Below, piece by piece: positions 19,719 to 28,544 of a stretch of DNA of 32,000 nucleotides. The position numbers and the translations under genes are program-made. Position 1 is the stretch's first letter. Every line of letters begins with the position of its first letter. The stretch covers positions 4,710,001 through 4,742,000 of the forward strand of contig NZ_CP064923.1 in assembly GCF_018336915.1 (NCBI RefSeq). Reading direction: 5' to 3'. The stretch is from Acaryochloris marina S15. Its GTDB lineage: Bacteria; Cyanobacteriota; Cyanobacteriia; Thermosynechococcales; Thermosynechococcaceae. Below the pieces are notes generated by a model, which saw only the letters and a list, made by a program, of their open reading frames with translations, was not told the origin of the DNA and did no database searches.

Positions 19719-21110
19719 ATGCGCATCCTTTTCGTTTCAGCAGAAGTTGCTCCATTTGCCAAAGTGGGTGGCATGGCAGATGTGGTTGGTGCACTTCCTG
19801 CTGTCCTGAAACGGATGGGGCACGATGTGCGCATATTTATGCCTTACTACGGTTTCCTCCCAGATAAAATTACGATTCCCAAGGAACCGGTGTGGTCAGG
19901 GTCAGCCATGTTCGAAGACTTCACCGTCTTTGAAACAGTGTTATCTCAAGGAGACGTTCCGCTATATTTATTCCAACATTCAACCTTTTCTCCCCGCCAT
20001 ATCTACGGTGGGGAGAATGAAGACTGGCGCTTTACCTTCTTTGCCAACGGGGCCGCTGAATTTTGTTGGAATTATTGGAAGCCTGATATTGTCCACTGCC
20101 ATGATTGGCATACCGGAATGATACCGGTTTGGATGCATCAATCTCCAGATATATCGAGCGTATTTACCATTCACAACCTAGGGTATCAAGGTCCTTGGCG
20201 ATGGCGATTAGAACAGATGACTTGGTGTCCATGGTATATGCAGGGACATAACACCTTGGCTGCAGCCGTCCAATTTGCAGATCAAGTGAATACAGTCTCT
20301 CCAACCTATGCCCAACAGATTCAGACCACTGCTTATGGAGAAACCCTAGAAGGACTCATGTCCTTCATCAGCGGGAAGCTCGTGGGCATTTTAAACGGAA
20401 TCGATGTTCAGTCCTTTGACCCAAAAACTGACAAATACATTACCCAAAACTACTCAGTTACCTCTTTAGATAAACGGCGAGCCAATAAGATTGCGTTGCA
20501 AGAAGAGTTGGGTTTAGAGGTTAATTCAGGCGCATTTGTAGTAGGAATGATTGCCCGTTTAGTCGAGCAAAAAGGCTTAGATCTAGTCATTCAGGTTCTA
20601 GAACGGTTTATGGCTTATACAGATGCACAATTTGTGCTATTGGGAACCGGCGATCGCTACTATGAAACCCAACTATGGCAAATTGCCTCGAAATTTAATG
20701 GTCGGATGTCTACGCAGCTCCTCTACAATCCGTCGTTATCTAGGCGAGTATACGCCGGAGCCGATGCATTTCTAATGCCCAGTCGCTACGAGCCTTGCGG
20801 CATCAGCCAAATGCTAGCACTTCGGTATGGATGTGTTCCTATCGTCCGTCGCACAGGCGGATTAGTAGACACAGTTGTGCACCACGATCCAAATGAGCAA
20901 ACAGGCACAGGCTATTGTTTTGATCGGTATGAACCGCTCGATCTATATACCTGTATGATTCGGGCCTGGGAAGGGTTTCATTATCATGATGCTTGGCAAG
21001 CACTGCAACAACGAGGAATGAAAGTTGATTTTAGCTGGGCTAAATCTGCAAAAGAATACAATGAGATGTATCAGCAGATATTAGGACTCCCCTCTAAAGC
21101 CGTCTCTTAA
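19719..21110 (+). CDS. glgA: Glycogen synthase (ADP-glucose type)
   Basis: MRILFVSAEVAPFAKVGGMADVVGALP (the K-x-G-G motif), then HCHDWHTG, and the C-terminal SRYEPCGISQMLALRYGCVPIVRRTGGLVDTV. The track starts at TTG 19692; ATG 19719 matches the conserved N-terminus. Confidence 0.93.
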   Translation: MRILFVSAEVAPFAKVGGMADVVGALPAVLKRMGHDVRIFMPYYGFLPDKITIPKEPVWSGSAMFEDFTVFETVLSQGDVPLYLFQHSTFSPRHIYGGENEDWRFTFFANGAAEFCWNYWKPDIVHCHDWHTGMIPVWMHQSPDISSVFTIHNLGYQGPWRWRLEQMTWCPWYMQGHNTLAAAVQFADQVNTVSPTYAQQIQTTAYGETLEGLMSFISGKLVGILNGIDVQSFDPKTDKYITQNYSVTSLDKRRANKIALQEELGLEVNSGAFVVGMIARLVEQKGLDLVIQVLERFMAYTDAQFVLLGTGDRYYETQLWQIASKFNGRMSTQLLYNPSLSRRVYAGADAFLMPSRYEPCGISQMLALRYGCVPIVRRTGGLVDTVVHHDPNEQTGTGYCFDRYEPLDLYTCMIRAWEGFHYHDAWQALQQRGMKVDFSWAKSAKEYNEMYQQILGLPSKAVS

Positions 21111-21414
21111 TAACATTTTGAATGTCTATAAGCTGCTACTAACCAATGTGGCACCAAAGACAAGTTGACCGTCTGCTCTTATGAGACAATGCAAGAGTAA
21201 TAAAATACATATGTCGAGAGAAGAGCTTAGGGCTTGCCATCTCAAGCACCAGATGCCAATTAGTTATTAAAGGCTAGCGAATACTGTTACTAACAGCGAG
21301 CATTGCTTAATGTTATCGGTTTGCTATGGCCGCTGAAATAACTGCTGCTTAGGTGTATTGTTGTCCATCCCCAAGCATTCGTTTACCGTTCAATTCTAAT
21401 CTCTGAGTTTTACC

Positions 21415-21663
21415 ATGACCATTTATATTGGCAATCTGTCTTACCAAGCCACTGAAAACGATGTTCGCGAAGTTTTTAATGAGTATGGCACTGTTAAGCG
21501 AGTTGTACTCCCAGTAGATCGTGAAACAGGCCGAATGCGAGGTTTTGCTTTCGTGGAAATGACAGAAGATAATGAAGAAGAAACAGCGATTGCTGATTTA
21601 GATGGTGCTGAGTGGATGGGACGGCAGCTGAAAGTCAATAAAGCTAAGCCTCGCGAGCGATAA
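21415..21663 (+). CDS. RRM-type RNA-binding protein (cyanobacterial Rbp, short form without a Gly-rich tail)
   Basis: RNP2 IYIGNL and RNP1 RGFAFVEM. The 82-aa length matches the single-RRM Rbp family. Confidence 0.9.
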   Translation: MTIYIGNLSYQATENDVREVFNEYGTVKRVVLPVDRETGRMRGFAFVEMTEDNEEETAIADLDGAEWMGRQLKVNKAKPRER

Positions 21664-21808
21664 TTCACCGCCCCATAATATCCTTGTTTGTCTTTAACTA
21701 TGCACGTTTAGCCTTTCAAGATTGAATCTATGTCGGGAGCCTAAGTGGCTAATGGGACAGATACTACGATTTGATCTTCTTTTAGTCTCGCAATTCAGGC
21801 CATTCCCT

Positions 21809-21854
21809 AAAAAGAAACCGCTTCATTATTCAATTGATGAAGCGGTTTCTTTTT
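21809..21854. terminator. Bidirectional Rho-independent terminator about 145 nt downstream of rbp
   Basis: aaaaagaaaccgcttcat (21809-21826) pairs perfectly with atgaagcggtttcttttt (21837-21854), with a 10-nt loop. The A-run and T-run are part of the stem flanks. Confidence 0.8.
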
Positions 21855-22099
21855 GAAAAATTTTTATTAAAGGTGTCTAATACAAGCTTCGCTAGCGTTT
21901 AGTCCACATCAAAAAGATTGAGGAGCACAATTCTGGTTCAGCGACCACCGCACTCTGAACCCTTGAACTTAAGGGGGATTTCGAGAGTATTTGCTTATTA
22001 GCAGATGTACTGAATTAGAGTACTAAACCCAATGAGTTACCAAAGGCAAATCGCTTTTGAGGGTTAACTATAAGCGTGAGTATTCAACGGCAAGCTCGA

Positions 22100-22131
22100 A
22101 CAAAAGTACCTAGTTAACGATAACTAGGTAC
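22100..22131 (-). terminator. Rho-independent terminator of psbM (minus strand)
   Basis: gtacctagtta (22106-22116) pairs with taactaggtac (22121-22131), with a 4-nt loop. On the minus strand the hairpin is followed by TTTTGTT. Confidence 0.7.
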
Positions 22132-22170
22132 CCTCAGTCATCCTTTCAAATATCGTGCAAGGATTCTCGA

Positions 22171-22275
22171 CTAGCTTCCCCGGCTAGCGGTTTGAGCATA
22201 GAGAAGAATCAGAAACACACAAGGTATGAATACGAATAAAGCGGTAGCAATTGCACCTAAATCATTAACTGGCAT
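22171..22275 (-). CDS. psbM: Photosystem II reaction centre protein M
   Basis: My manual minus-strand translation is [34 protein letters not shown] (34 aa). It closely matches remembered PsbM sequences such as [29 protein letters not shown]. It is below the 60-aa ORF-track cutoff and has its own terminator. Confidence 0.85.
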   Translation of the reverse strand: MPVNDLGAIATALFVFIPCVFLILLYAQTASRGS

Positions 22276-22445
22276 AGGAATTAATCTCTATCTCATCTGG
22301 GCATTTATAAACTTTACAATACCATTTTTGCTAAACCTCTTTGGAAAGATTTACCAATACCTGCTTGAACAACACTTATATAGAAGCAATGGTAATGGCC
22401 ACCCCACTTCCCCTTATACGAGCTGCAATTTGAATGATTCCGGAG

Positions 22446-22745
22446 CTACGAAGGCTTCGTTTTAATGGAGGCAGACCCCAGCACCAAAGTTTGACAAGCC
22501 AAACGATAGGTCTCAGGTTTTCTCTTGAGCTTGGCATTTTCTACGGACGTACGAGGAGAAAGGTTCTCCATACCCTCAACAACCTCAATAAGACATGTCC
22601 CGCATTGGCCATAGCCTCCGCAGTTCATTAACTTACCCTTAAACGTGTAGAGGTCAATCTTGTTATCCAGCGCCACTGAGCGTAGATCGTCTTCTTCTGA
22701 AACATCTATTTCTTGGCTTTCATTAACAAACAGAATGCTGGACAT
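22446..22745 (-). CDS. 2Fe-2S ferredoxin-like protein
   Basis: Cys cluster [15 protein letters not shown] plus a distal Cys in YRLACQT, giving C-x5-C-x2-C-x(~30)-C spacing. This is a plant-type-like ferredoxin fold with non-canonical spacing. It is divergent from psbB. Confidence 0.75.
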   Translation of the reverse strand: MSSILFVNESQEIDVSEEDDLRSVALDNKIDLYTFKGKLMNCGGYGQCGTCLIEVVEGMENLSPRTSVENAKLKRKPETYRLACQTLVLGSASIKTKPS

Positions 22746-23283
22746 AGTTGGCGGTATACCTTGGATCTGAGATTTATTTAGTAAATGTTTACAGGGAAAG
22801 GGTTCAGGGTAGAGAGTCTAGTAACAAGTTAATCGGCAGACAGGCCAAGCAATTGGCAATATGCCCGAATTTCAAATCGTTAAGTTCTCTTGCATTGAGT
22901 CCCTACTCTAGTTACACTTCGTTATACACTTTATTGTTTCGTATAGTACATTAGGTTGCCCTCAAGCATTCAAACTCAAGAATCATTTACTACTGTTTTC
23001 TAAAGTTTGAGTGTGTCTTGCTTGTTTTAATAATAATCAGCATATTAGCCTGCACCGTTGAGTCCTAGTGACTTCAATGTCAACTTAGGTCTGCCATGTA
23101 AGCACTAAGTATGATTCAATGAATCACAGTGACGACAGCAGTTGGCTTAAATTACTGAATTACTGCAATTGATACAAGAAAGGCTTCATAAACCAATAGT
23201 TTGTGAAGTCTTATTAGGATCGGCCCATTAAAAAAATGCTGCAAGTTTAAAGTATTGACGTTTTAAGAGGAGGAGCGTAGTCG

Positions 23284-24804
23284 ATGGGACTACCCTGGTA
23301 CCGAGTACACACAGTCGTCCTGAATGATCCAGGACGGCTGCTATCTGTGCATTTAATGCACACTGCCCTGGTAAGCGGCTGGGCAGGCTCCATGGCACTC
23401 TACGAGTTGGCCAAGTACGATCCAAGCGATCCAGTTTTAAACCCCATGTGGCGTCAAGGCACGTTCGTCATGCCTGTGATGACTCGCATTGGTGTCACTC
23501 ACTCTTGGAGTGGCTGGACAGTTACTGGTGAGCCTTGGGTTTCACAGCCAGGAATTTTAGGCGCACACCTAAACTTCTTTAGTTATGAGGGTGTCATCCT
23601 CATGCATATCCTGGCTGCAGGTTTGTTTTTCTTAGCTGCCGTATGGCACTGGATTAACTGGGATTTAGACATCTACTATCCCGATGGTTCTTCCGAGCCA
23701 GCTAGCGATTGGCCTAAAATTTTCGGCCTTCACTTGCTGACATTAGGAATTGTTTGTTTCGGCTTTGGATCTCTTCACTTAACTGGCATCTTAGGCCCAG
23801 GTATGTGGGTTTCGGATCCTTATGGCCTCACAGGTCATGTGCAAGGGGTTAGCCCAGATTGGCGACCATTTGCCTTTGACCCGTACAATCCCACAGGTTT
23901 GGTCACTCACCATATCTCTGCAGGGATTGCCTTGATTATTGGTGGTATTTTCCATACTGTTTCTCGTCCTTCTGAGCGCCTTTATAACGCGCTTAGCATG
24001 GGTAACGTTGAAACCGTACTATCCAGTTCTGTTGCCTTTGTAGCTGCTGCTGCATTCGTAATGGTTGGAACCATGTGGTATGGAAGTGCAACTACTCCAA
24101 TCGAGTTGTTTGGTCCTACTCGTTATCAATGGGATAGCGGCTACTTCCAAACTGAAATCCAGCGCCGTGTGCAGTCTGGACAAACTTGGGATCAAATCCC
24201 TGAAAAGCTTGTTTTCTACGATTACATCGGTAATAGCCCTGCTAAAGGTGGTTTATTCCGCACAGGTGCTATGAACAGTGGTGACGGTCTCGCCCGTTCT
24301 TGGGAAGGTCATCCTACTTTTACTGATTCTGAAGGTCGTGAGTTGTTCGTGCGTCGCATGCCCAACTTCTTCGAAACTTTCCCAGTTATCTTGACTGACA
24401 AAGATGGCGTTATCCGCGCTGACATTCCTTTCCGACGAGCTGAATCTCGATACAGCTTTGAGCAGAAAGGCGTAACAGTCTCTTTTGAAGGTGGTACTCT
24501 AAACGGTCAAACCTTCACCGATGCTCCTTCTGTTAAGAAGTATGCTCGTAAAGCCCAACTGGGTGAGCCTTTCGAGTTCGATCGTGAGACTCTTGGCTCT
24601 GATGGCGTTTTCCGAACCAGCACTCGTGGTTGGTTTGCATTCAGCCACTCTTGCTACGCACTACTCTTCTTCTTCGGCCACTGGTGGCATGGCGCTCGTA
24701 CCATCTTCAAGGATGTGTTCGAGGGTGTTGATCCTAACCTGCCTGAAGAGCAAGTGGAATGGGGTGTCTTCCAGAAAGTTGGTGACACATCCACCCGTGC
24801 TTAG
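23284..24804 (+). CDS. psbB: Photosystem II CP47 chlorophyll apoprotein (divergent sequence)
   Basis: [19 protein letters not shown]...[12 protein letters not shown], 506 aa. All remembered Chl-ligand His positions are present. Strong SD (gaggaggag) upstream, and psbT follows. Confidence 0.95.
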   Translation: MGLPWYRVHTVVLNDPGRLLSVHLMHTALVSGWAGSMALYELAKYDPSDPVLNPMWRQGTFVMPVMTRIGVTHSWSGWTVTGEPWVSQPGILGAHLNFFSYEGVILMHILAAGLFFLAAVWHWINWDLDIYYPDGSSEPASDWPKIFGLHLLTLGIVCFGFGSLHLTGILGPGMWVSDPYGLTGHVQGVSPDWRPFAFDPYNPTGLVTHHISAGIALIIGGIFHTVSRPSERLYNALSMGNVETVLSSSVAFVAAAAFVMVGTMWYGSATTPIELFGPTRYQWDSGYFQTEIQRRVQSGQTWDQIPEKLVFYDYIGNSPAKGGLFRTGAMNSGDGLARSWEGHPTFTDSEGRELFVRRMPNFFETFPVILTDKDGVIRADIPFRRAESRYSFEQKGVTVSFEGGTLNGQTFTDAPSVKKYARKAQLGEPFEFDRETLGSDGVFRTSTRGWFAFSHSCYALLFFFGHWWHGARTIFKDVFEGVDPNLPEEQVEWGVFQKVGDTSTRA

Positions 24805-24962
24805 TCAGTCCTAAAAGGATGTTGAATTCTAGTGAATTGCTAATTGGCACTTACTAGATTCAGAATGAAGGCTACTGAACGCTTCTAAGTCCGAAAATGA
24901 TTAGAATGTGTATAGGTAGCCTTCTTACTTTTGATTAGCATTTATTGAGGGGTTTTAATCCT

Positions 24963-25055
24963 ATGGAAGTTATTGCTTACGTATTTATTCTTGCCTGTCT
25001 AATCGGGTTATTTTTCTTCGCAGTCTTTTTCCGCGAAAAGCCCACTCGAATCTAG
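24963..25055 (+). CDS. psbT: Photosystem II reaction centre protein T
   Basis: My manual translation is MEVIAYVFILACLIGLFFFAVFFREKPTRI (30 aa). Compare the remembered METITYVFIFACIIALFFFAIFFREPPRI. It sits in the canonical position downstream of psbB, with an SD-like gagggg upstream. It is below the ORF-track cutoff. Confidence 0.88.
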   Translation: MEVIAYVFILACLIGLFFFAVFFREKPTRI

Positions 25056-25115
25056 ATATATCGAGCTTTTGTTTTACTAGCTGTATTTGGCAGTCAGTAA
25101 AACAGGTTCAAATCT

Positions 25116-25147
25116 AAAAACCGCTTTCTTAGGAAAGCGGTTTTTTT
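25116..25147. terminator. Bidirectional Rho-independent terminator between psbB-psbT and rimM
   Basis: aaaaaccgctttc / ttag / gaaagcggttttttt. The GC-rich core is flanked by an A5 run upstream and a T7 run downstream. Confidence 0.85.
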
Positions 25148-25160
25148 GTAGCAACTGCCT

Positions 25161-25733
25161 TTATTCGGGAATCAATCCTTTAGGGGGAGTGATTTCTATT
25201 CGTTTACTTGCTATATCAACGATAGGGACTAGAGCTGAGACAAATGGCAGCAGTATCGTCTCGGTAGTACCAGCGAGTTGGACTTCAAGTAGATCATTAC
25301 CTGCACTGGCAATGCTAACGACTGAACCTACTACTGTTTGCGTTTGATGATCAACAACCGTTACCCCAATCAAATCAGACAGATAGTATTCGCCCTCTGC
25401 CAAGATGGGGCGATCATTACTTCGAACTAAAATTTTGGTTCCTTTTAAAGCTTCGGATTGATCTCTAAAGTTGACATTGGCCAACTTCACCACGTACAGT
25501 CCTTTACTTTCAAGAAGACGTCCTTTGAGAAGTTGAATTTCTTCAGGAGGCGATGAATGAGTCGGGGTGGCTAGCCAACGGGGTCCCGGCTGGATAAAGC
25601 GCTCAGGGAAATCTGAATCTGGGAAAACTTTAACCTCACCATTTAATCCATGGGCACCGACGATGGTGCCAACTTCTAACCATTCTTCTGCAGTCTCATC
25701 CACTGGTAGATCTGGGGAAAGGGCGTCACTCAC
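25161..25733 (-). CDS. rimM: 16S rRNA processing protein RimM
   Basis: WLEVGTIVGAHGLNGEVKVFPDSDFPERF (RimM N-terminal beta-barrel) and a C-terminal PRC-barrel (YLSDLIGVTVVD...LLPFVSALVPIVDIASKRIEITPPKGL). GTG start preceded by aagga. Confidence 0.88.
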   Translation of the reverse strand: MSDALSPDLPVDETAEEWLEVGTIVGAHGLNGEVKVFPDSDFPERFIQPGPRWLATPTHSSPPEEIQLLKGRLLESKGLYVVKLANVNFRDQSEALKGTKILVRSNDRPILAEGEYYLSDLIGVTVVDHQTQTVVGSVVSIASAGNDLLEVQLAGTTETILLPFVSALVPIVDIASKRIEITPPKGLIPE

Positions 25734-25781
25734 AGTTGTGTCCTTTTAGTTGAAATGAGCTGGAAAGACAACATCTGCATT

Positions 25782-27050
25782 TTAGGTTTGATACACTGTT
25801 TCGATAACTTGAACGAGTCGCTGCATAGCAATGGTAATTTCTTCGTCAGTTGCCGTCAGACTAATGCGTAGACATTGATATTTGTGGGGCCAATCTTGCG
25901 ATAAACCGGGGAAGAAGGAGTGGCCGGGAACAACAATGACTCCTACTTGTTTGAGCTGTTGATAGAGCTGCCAGTCGGACATCGGCAATTCATTGAGCCA
26001 TAACCAGGCAAAGATAGCCCCTTCACCTAGATGTAAAAACCAGGGCAGGGTCGAGGGCATCTGTTGGTCGAGGACGGATTGGAGGAGAGCTAGCTTGGCT
26101 TGATAGTAAGGACGGATCACCTGGACTGATATATCGGCTAAGGCACCGGATTGAATGGCTTGGGCTGCGATCGCTTGTCCGTATCGTCCAGAATGAATAC
26201 AGACATTGGTTTGGAAGGCTTCTAAGGTTTGAATGATACGCTCATCTCCAATCGCAATACCAACCCGTTCTCCAGGTAAGCCTGCTTTAGACAAACTCAT
26301 ACAATGGACTACATTATTTCCCAGAATGGGGGCTATGTCGGTGTAATTCAGGCTGGGATAGGGTGGCCCATAGGCCGAATCGATTAACACTGGAATATCA
26401 AAAGGGGCGGCCAGATCGGCAATTTGTTGGACTTCCGCTTCGCTCAGGACGTTGCCTGTGGGGTTACAGGGCCGAGAAAAAATAATACAGCCTGTGTTTT
26501 CATCGAAGTGGAGCTGATCAAAATCCGGTCTGTATTTAAACCGATGCGCCGTTTCATCAATTTCTAAGGTCGGTTGATAAGCTTTTAAGGCTTCTGGAGT
26601 CAGGCAAATGCCACCATATCCGGTATAGTCCGGCGATAGGGGCAACACAATGTTTTTGAGCTGACCTGTTTCAGTTATCCCTCCAAAGGCATTAGCAGCT
26701 AGGAAATATAGGGCTTGGCTTCCTGGCGTAATCAGGATTTGGCGATCGCTAAGGGTTAAGCCATAACGCTGATTAAAATCTTTTTGAATCGCCTCTACTA
26801 AGGGCTGATAGCCCTGGCTAGTGCCATATCGACAGACGACTTCACCATAATCAGGACTCTCTAACAATTGGGCTGTGCAGTCCCGCCATAGCTGTTCGAC
26901 TTCAGGCAGGATGACAGGGTTACCTGCACTGAGATTGATAAAAGCTTCATTCGGATTGGCTCTCAAGGTTTCGATGATGTCTTTCATGATGGCGCGAACA
27001 CCCGTCAAAGCAGACATCTGATTGCCAATTTGAGAAAGCGTTAGAGGCAT
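25782..27050 (-). CDS. avtA: PLP-dependent aminotransferase, valine--pyruvate transaminase (AvtA)-like
   Basis: LSAGNPVILPE, ITPGSQALYFL, and the PLP-lysine block SLSKAGLPGERVGI resemble my memory of E. coli AvtA (GGGNPAQIPE, SLSKLGLPGSRCGI). Length is 422 aa. Confidence 0.7.
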   Translation of the reverse strand: MPLTLSQIGNQMSALTGVRAIMKDIIETLRANPNEAFINLSAGNPVILPEVEQLWRDCTAQLLESPDYGEVVCRYGTSQGYQPLVEAIQKDFNQRYGLTLSDRQILITPGSQALYFLAANAFGGITETGQLKNIVLPLSPDYTGYGGICLTPEALKAYQPTLEIDETAHRFKYRPDFDQLHFDENTGCIIFSRPCNPTGNVLSEAEVQQIADLAAPFDIPVLIDSAYGPPYPSLNYTDIAPILGNNVVHCMSLSKAGLPGERVGIAIGDERIIQTLEAFQTNVCIHSGRYGQAIAAQAIQSGALADISVQVIRPYYQAKLALLQSVLDQQMPSTLPWFLHLGEGAIFAWLWLNELPMSDWQLYQQLKQVGVIVVPGHSFFPGLSQDWPHKYQCLRISLTATDEEITIAMQRLVQVIETVYQT

Positions 27051-27257
27051 TGATTACGAGCCAATCGAAAAGAGTTTATCGTTTTGCACCTAGGGCCATG
27101 CCTTGCAAAAGGTAGGGCAGATCTCAATATCTTAGGGGGTGTCGGCTGAACTAGCAATGCCTCTGGATTCATTCCTAGCCATTAGAATCAGCAGAAACGC
27201 CATAGGATCTATCCTAGGGAATCGATGGTGTGACCTAACGATGAATGATTTGTGGTT

Positions 27258-28022
27258 TCAACGATCAAACAGTAAATCTAGCAATCTCTGAAAACTTTCT
27301 GTCGTTGGATGGTGCTTATAGCGTCGCAGCCTCTCAATACAGGGTTGTATATCGGGGTGGAACCAATGGGGAACGAGTAGCGGTGCAATGGTGGTTCCCC
27401 AAAACAAGCCCTGAGTCAAAGTCGTTACATTAGCCGGTCGACGTGTTGTACTGGCACTGCTGAAATCCAGTAATACAGGACCTTGGCTTGTCACAATACT
27501 ATGTGCCGTTACACACCGAAGATTGCCATGATCTAAGCCTACTTGATCCAGCTGAAAGGCTTGCCAGAGGAGTTGGGTTAAATGGGATTGCAGGGTCGCA
27601 CGAGTCCAGGAATGGGTCCCTTGCAGCCAAGCCAACAATGGTTGCCCCATTACATAGTCCATTAGTAAAAAATTGGGGCTGTGGCCCAGGAGTTGAGGAC
27701 CGACTTGTTGAGTATTGGCAAGAGTCAACATAGAGGCTTCTTGAGCCAATGAGGCATGGGATGCATCTGTGCGTCGAACCTTCAGGGCGATCTGCTGCCC
27801 TTGGCACTGGACTAGCAAAACTAACCCGCAATAGCCTAATCCTAGGCAGTGCCAGCTTTGAACTTGCTTGGGTCCCCAGTCATAAATTGCCGTGACGCCC
27901 AGATCTGCCAATTCGGAGATGCGATCGCAACCCACTACATCCCCCGGATAGGCCAGCAGCCTCTGGTGAGGGGATTGCAGGATTTCGGCTACAGAGACCG
28001 CAGTTAATCCAGTCGAGTCCAC
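27258..28022 (-). CDS. Small atypical protein kinase-like protein (RIO/Bud32-like fold)
   Basis: Gly-rich loop-like LGLGYCGLVLLV, a VAIK-like IALKVRR, a catalytic-loop-like GLDHGNL and a DFG-like LLDFSSA. At 254 aa there is no activation-segment extension. GTG start 19 nt after the upstream GNAT stop. Confidence 0.55.
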   Translation of the reverse strand: MDSTGLTAVSVAEILQSPHQRLLAYPGDVVGCDRISELADLGVTAIYDWGPKQVQSWHCLGLGYCGLVLLVQCQGQQIALKVRRTDASHASLAQEASMLTLANTQQVGPQLLGHSPNFLLMDYVMGQPLLAWLQGTHSWTRATLQSHLTQLLWQAFQLDQVGLDHGNLRCVTAHSIVTSQGPVLLDFSSASTTRRPANVTTLTQGLFWGTTIAPLLVPHWFHPDIQPCIERLRRYKHHPTTESFQRLLDLLFDR

Positions 28023-28041
28023 GTTGATTGATCCAAAGCTA

Positions 28042-28506
28042 TTAATTCGACGCCACCTTGAACGTCATTAGATGATAGCGATCTCTGGCTGCAAACCCTG
28101 CCTGTAAGTAAAGTCGTTTCGCTCTGTCATTAGTGCGGGCAACTTCTAAGTGCAATGCGGCAATCTTGAGACTGGCAGACTGGTGGATTACAAACTCTAA
28201 AGTTTGTCTACCGAACCCTTGCCCCCGCGCTTCCTCGATAATAAATAGCTCATCAATAAATGCATCGCGGCCTCCCAACTCAATGCTGTAGCCAAAACAC
28301 AGGGCAACGTACCCCACCACTTTTTGGGAGGTGAAGATTAACCAGATTCGTCCAAATTGAGAATCAGGACCGAGCAAAGGCAATAAAGCATCACGCCGTT
28401 GTTGTGGCGATAGAACAATCTGTTCAAAGTCGTGGCAAGCCCGCACTAACGGCAGTAAGACTGCAATATGAGAGTCATCTGCCACTTGGAAGCGAGGGCT
28501 ATCCAT
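28042..28506 (-). CDS. GNAT-family N-acetyltransferase
   Basis: Motif A LFIIEEARGQGFGRQTLEFV, followed by LEVARTNDRAKRLYLQAGF. The track starts at TTG 28524; the in-frame ATG at 28506 (MDSPRF) is preferred. Confidence 0.78.
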   Translation of the reverse strand: MDSPRFQVADDSHIAVLLPLVRACHDFEQIVLSPQQRRDALLPLLGPDSQFGRIWLIFTSQKVVGYVALCFGYSIELGGRDAFIDELFIIEEARGQGFGRQTLEFVIHQSASLKIAALHLEVARTNDRAKRLYLQAGFAARDRYHLMTFKVASN

Positions 28507-28544
28507 TCTGGGAACTGAGGGCAATATTCATCTAAGGAAGGGGG

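Noticed and set aside
22226-22465. 79-aa plus-strand ORF in the track ([14 protein letters not shown]...)
   Set aside because: It lies antisense to the clearly recognisable psbM (22171-22275) and runs into the 3' end of the ferredoxin-like gene. It has no recognisable family features and is best treated as a shadow ORF.
22748-22954. 68-aa ORF in the ferredoxin/psbB divergent spacer
   Set aside because: It starts 2 nt from the divergent ferredoxin start codon, has no SD or homology features, and lies in the AT-rich psbB promoter/5' UTR region.
23284-24804. Membership of a far-red-light photoacclimation (FaRLiP) gene cluster
   Set aside because: No FaRLiP neighbours (psaA2/B2, apc paralogues, chlF, rfpABC, psbC2/D3/H2) are in the window. 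The flanks are the canonical psbT, psbM and housekeeping genes. The divergence is reported as a finding, but the cluster hypothesis is rejected.
24805-24962. psbN on the opposite strand of the psbB-psbT spacer (its plastid position)
   Set aside because: The longest minus-strand ORF is 18 codons (MLIKSKKATYTHSNHFRT). It is not hydrophobic and is unlike PsbN.
25060-25116. tRNA-like T-arm sequence GGTTCAAATC
   Set aside because: No acceptor stem, D-arm or anticodon arm can be folded around it. The sequence sits in the psbT 3' UTR next to the terminator.
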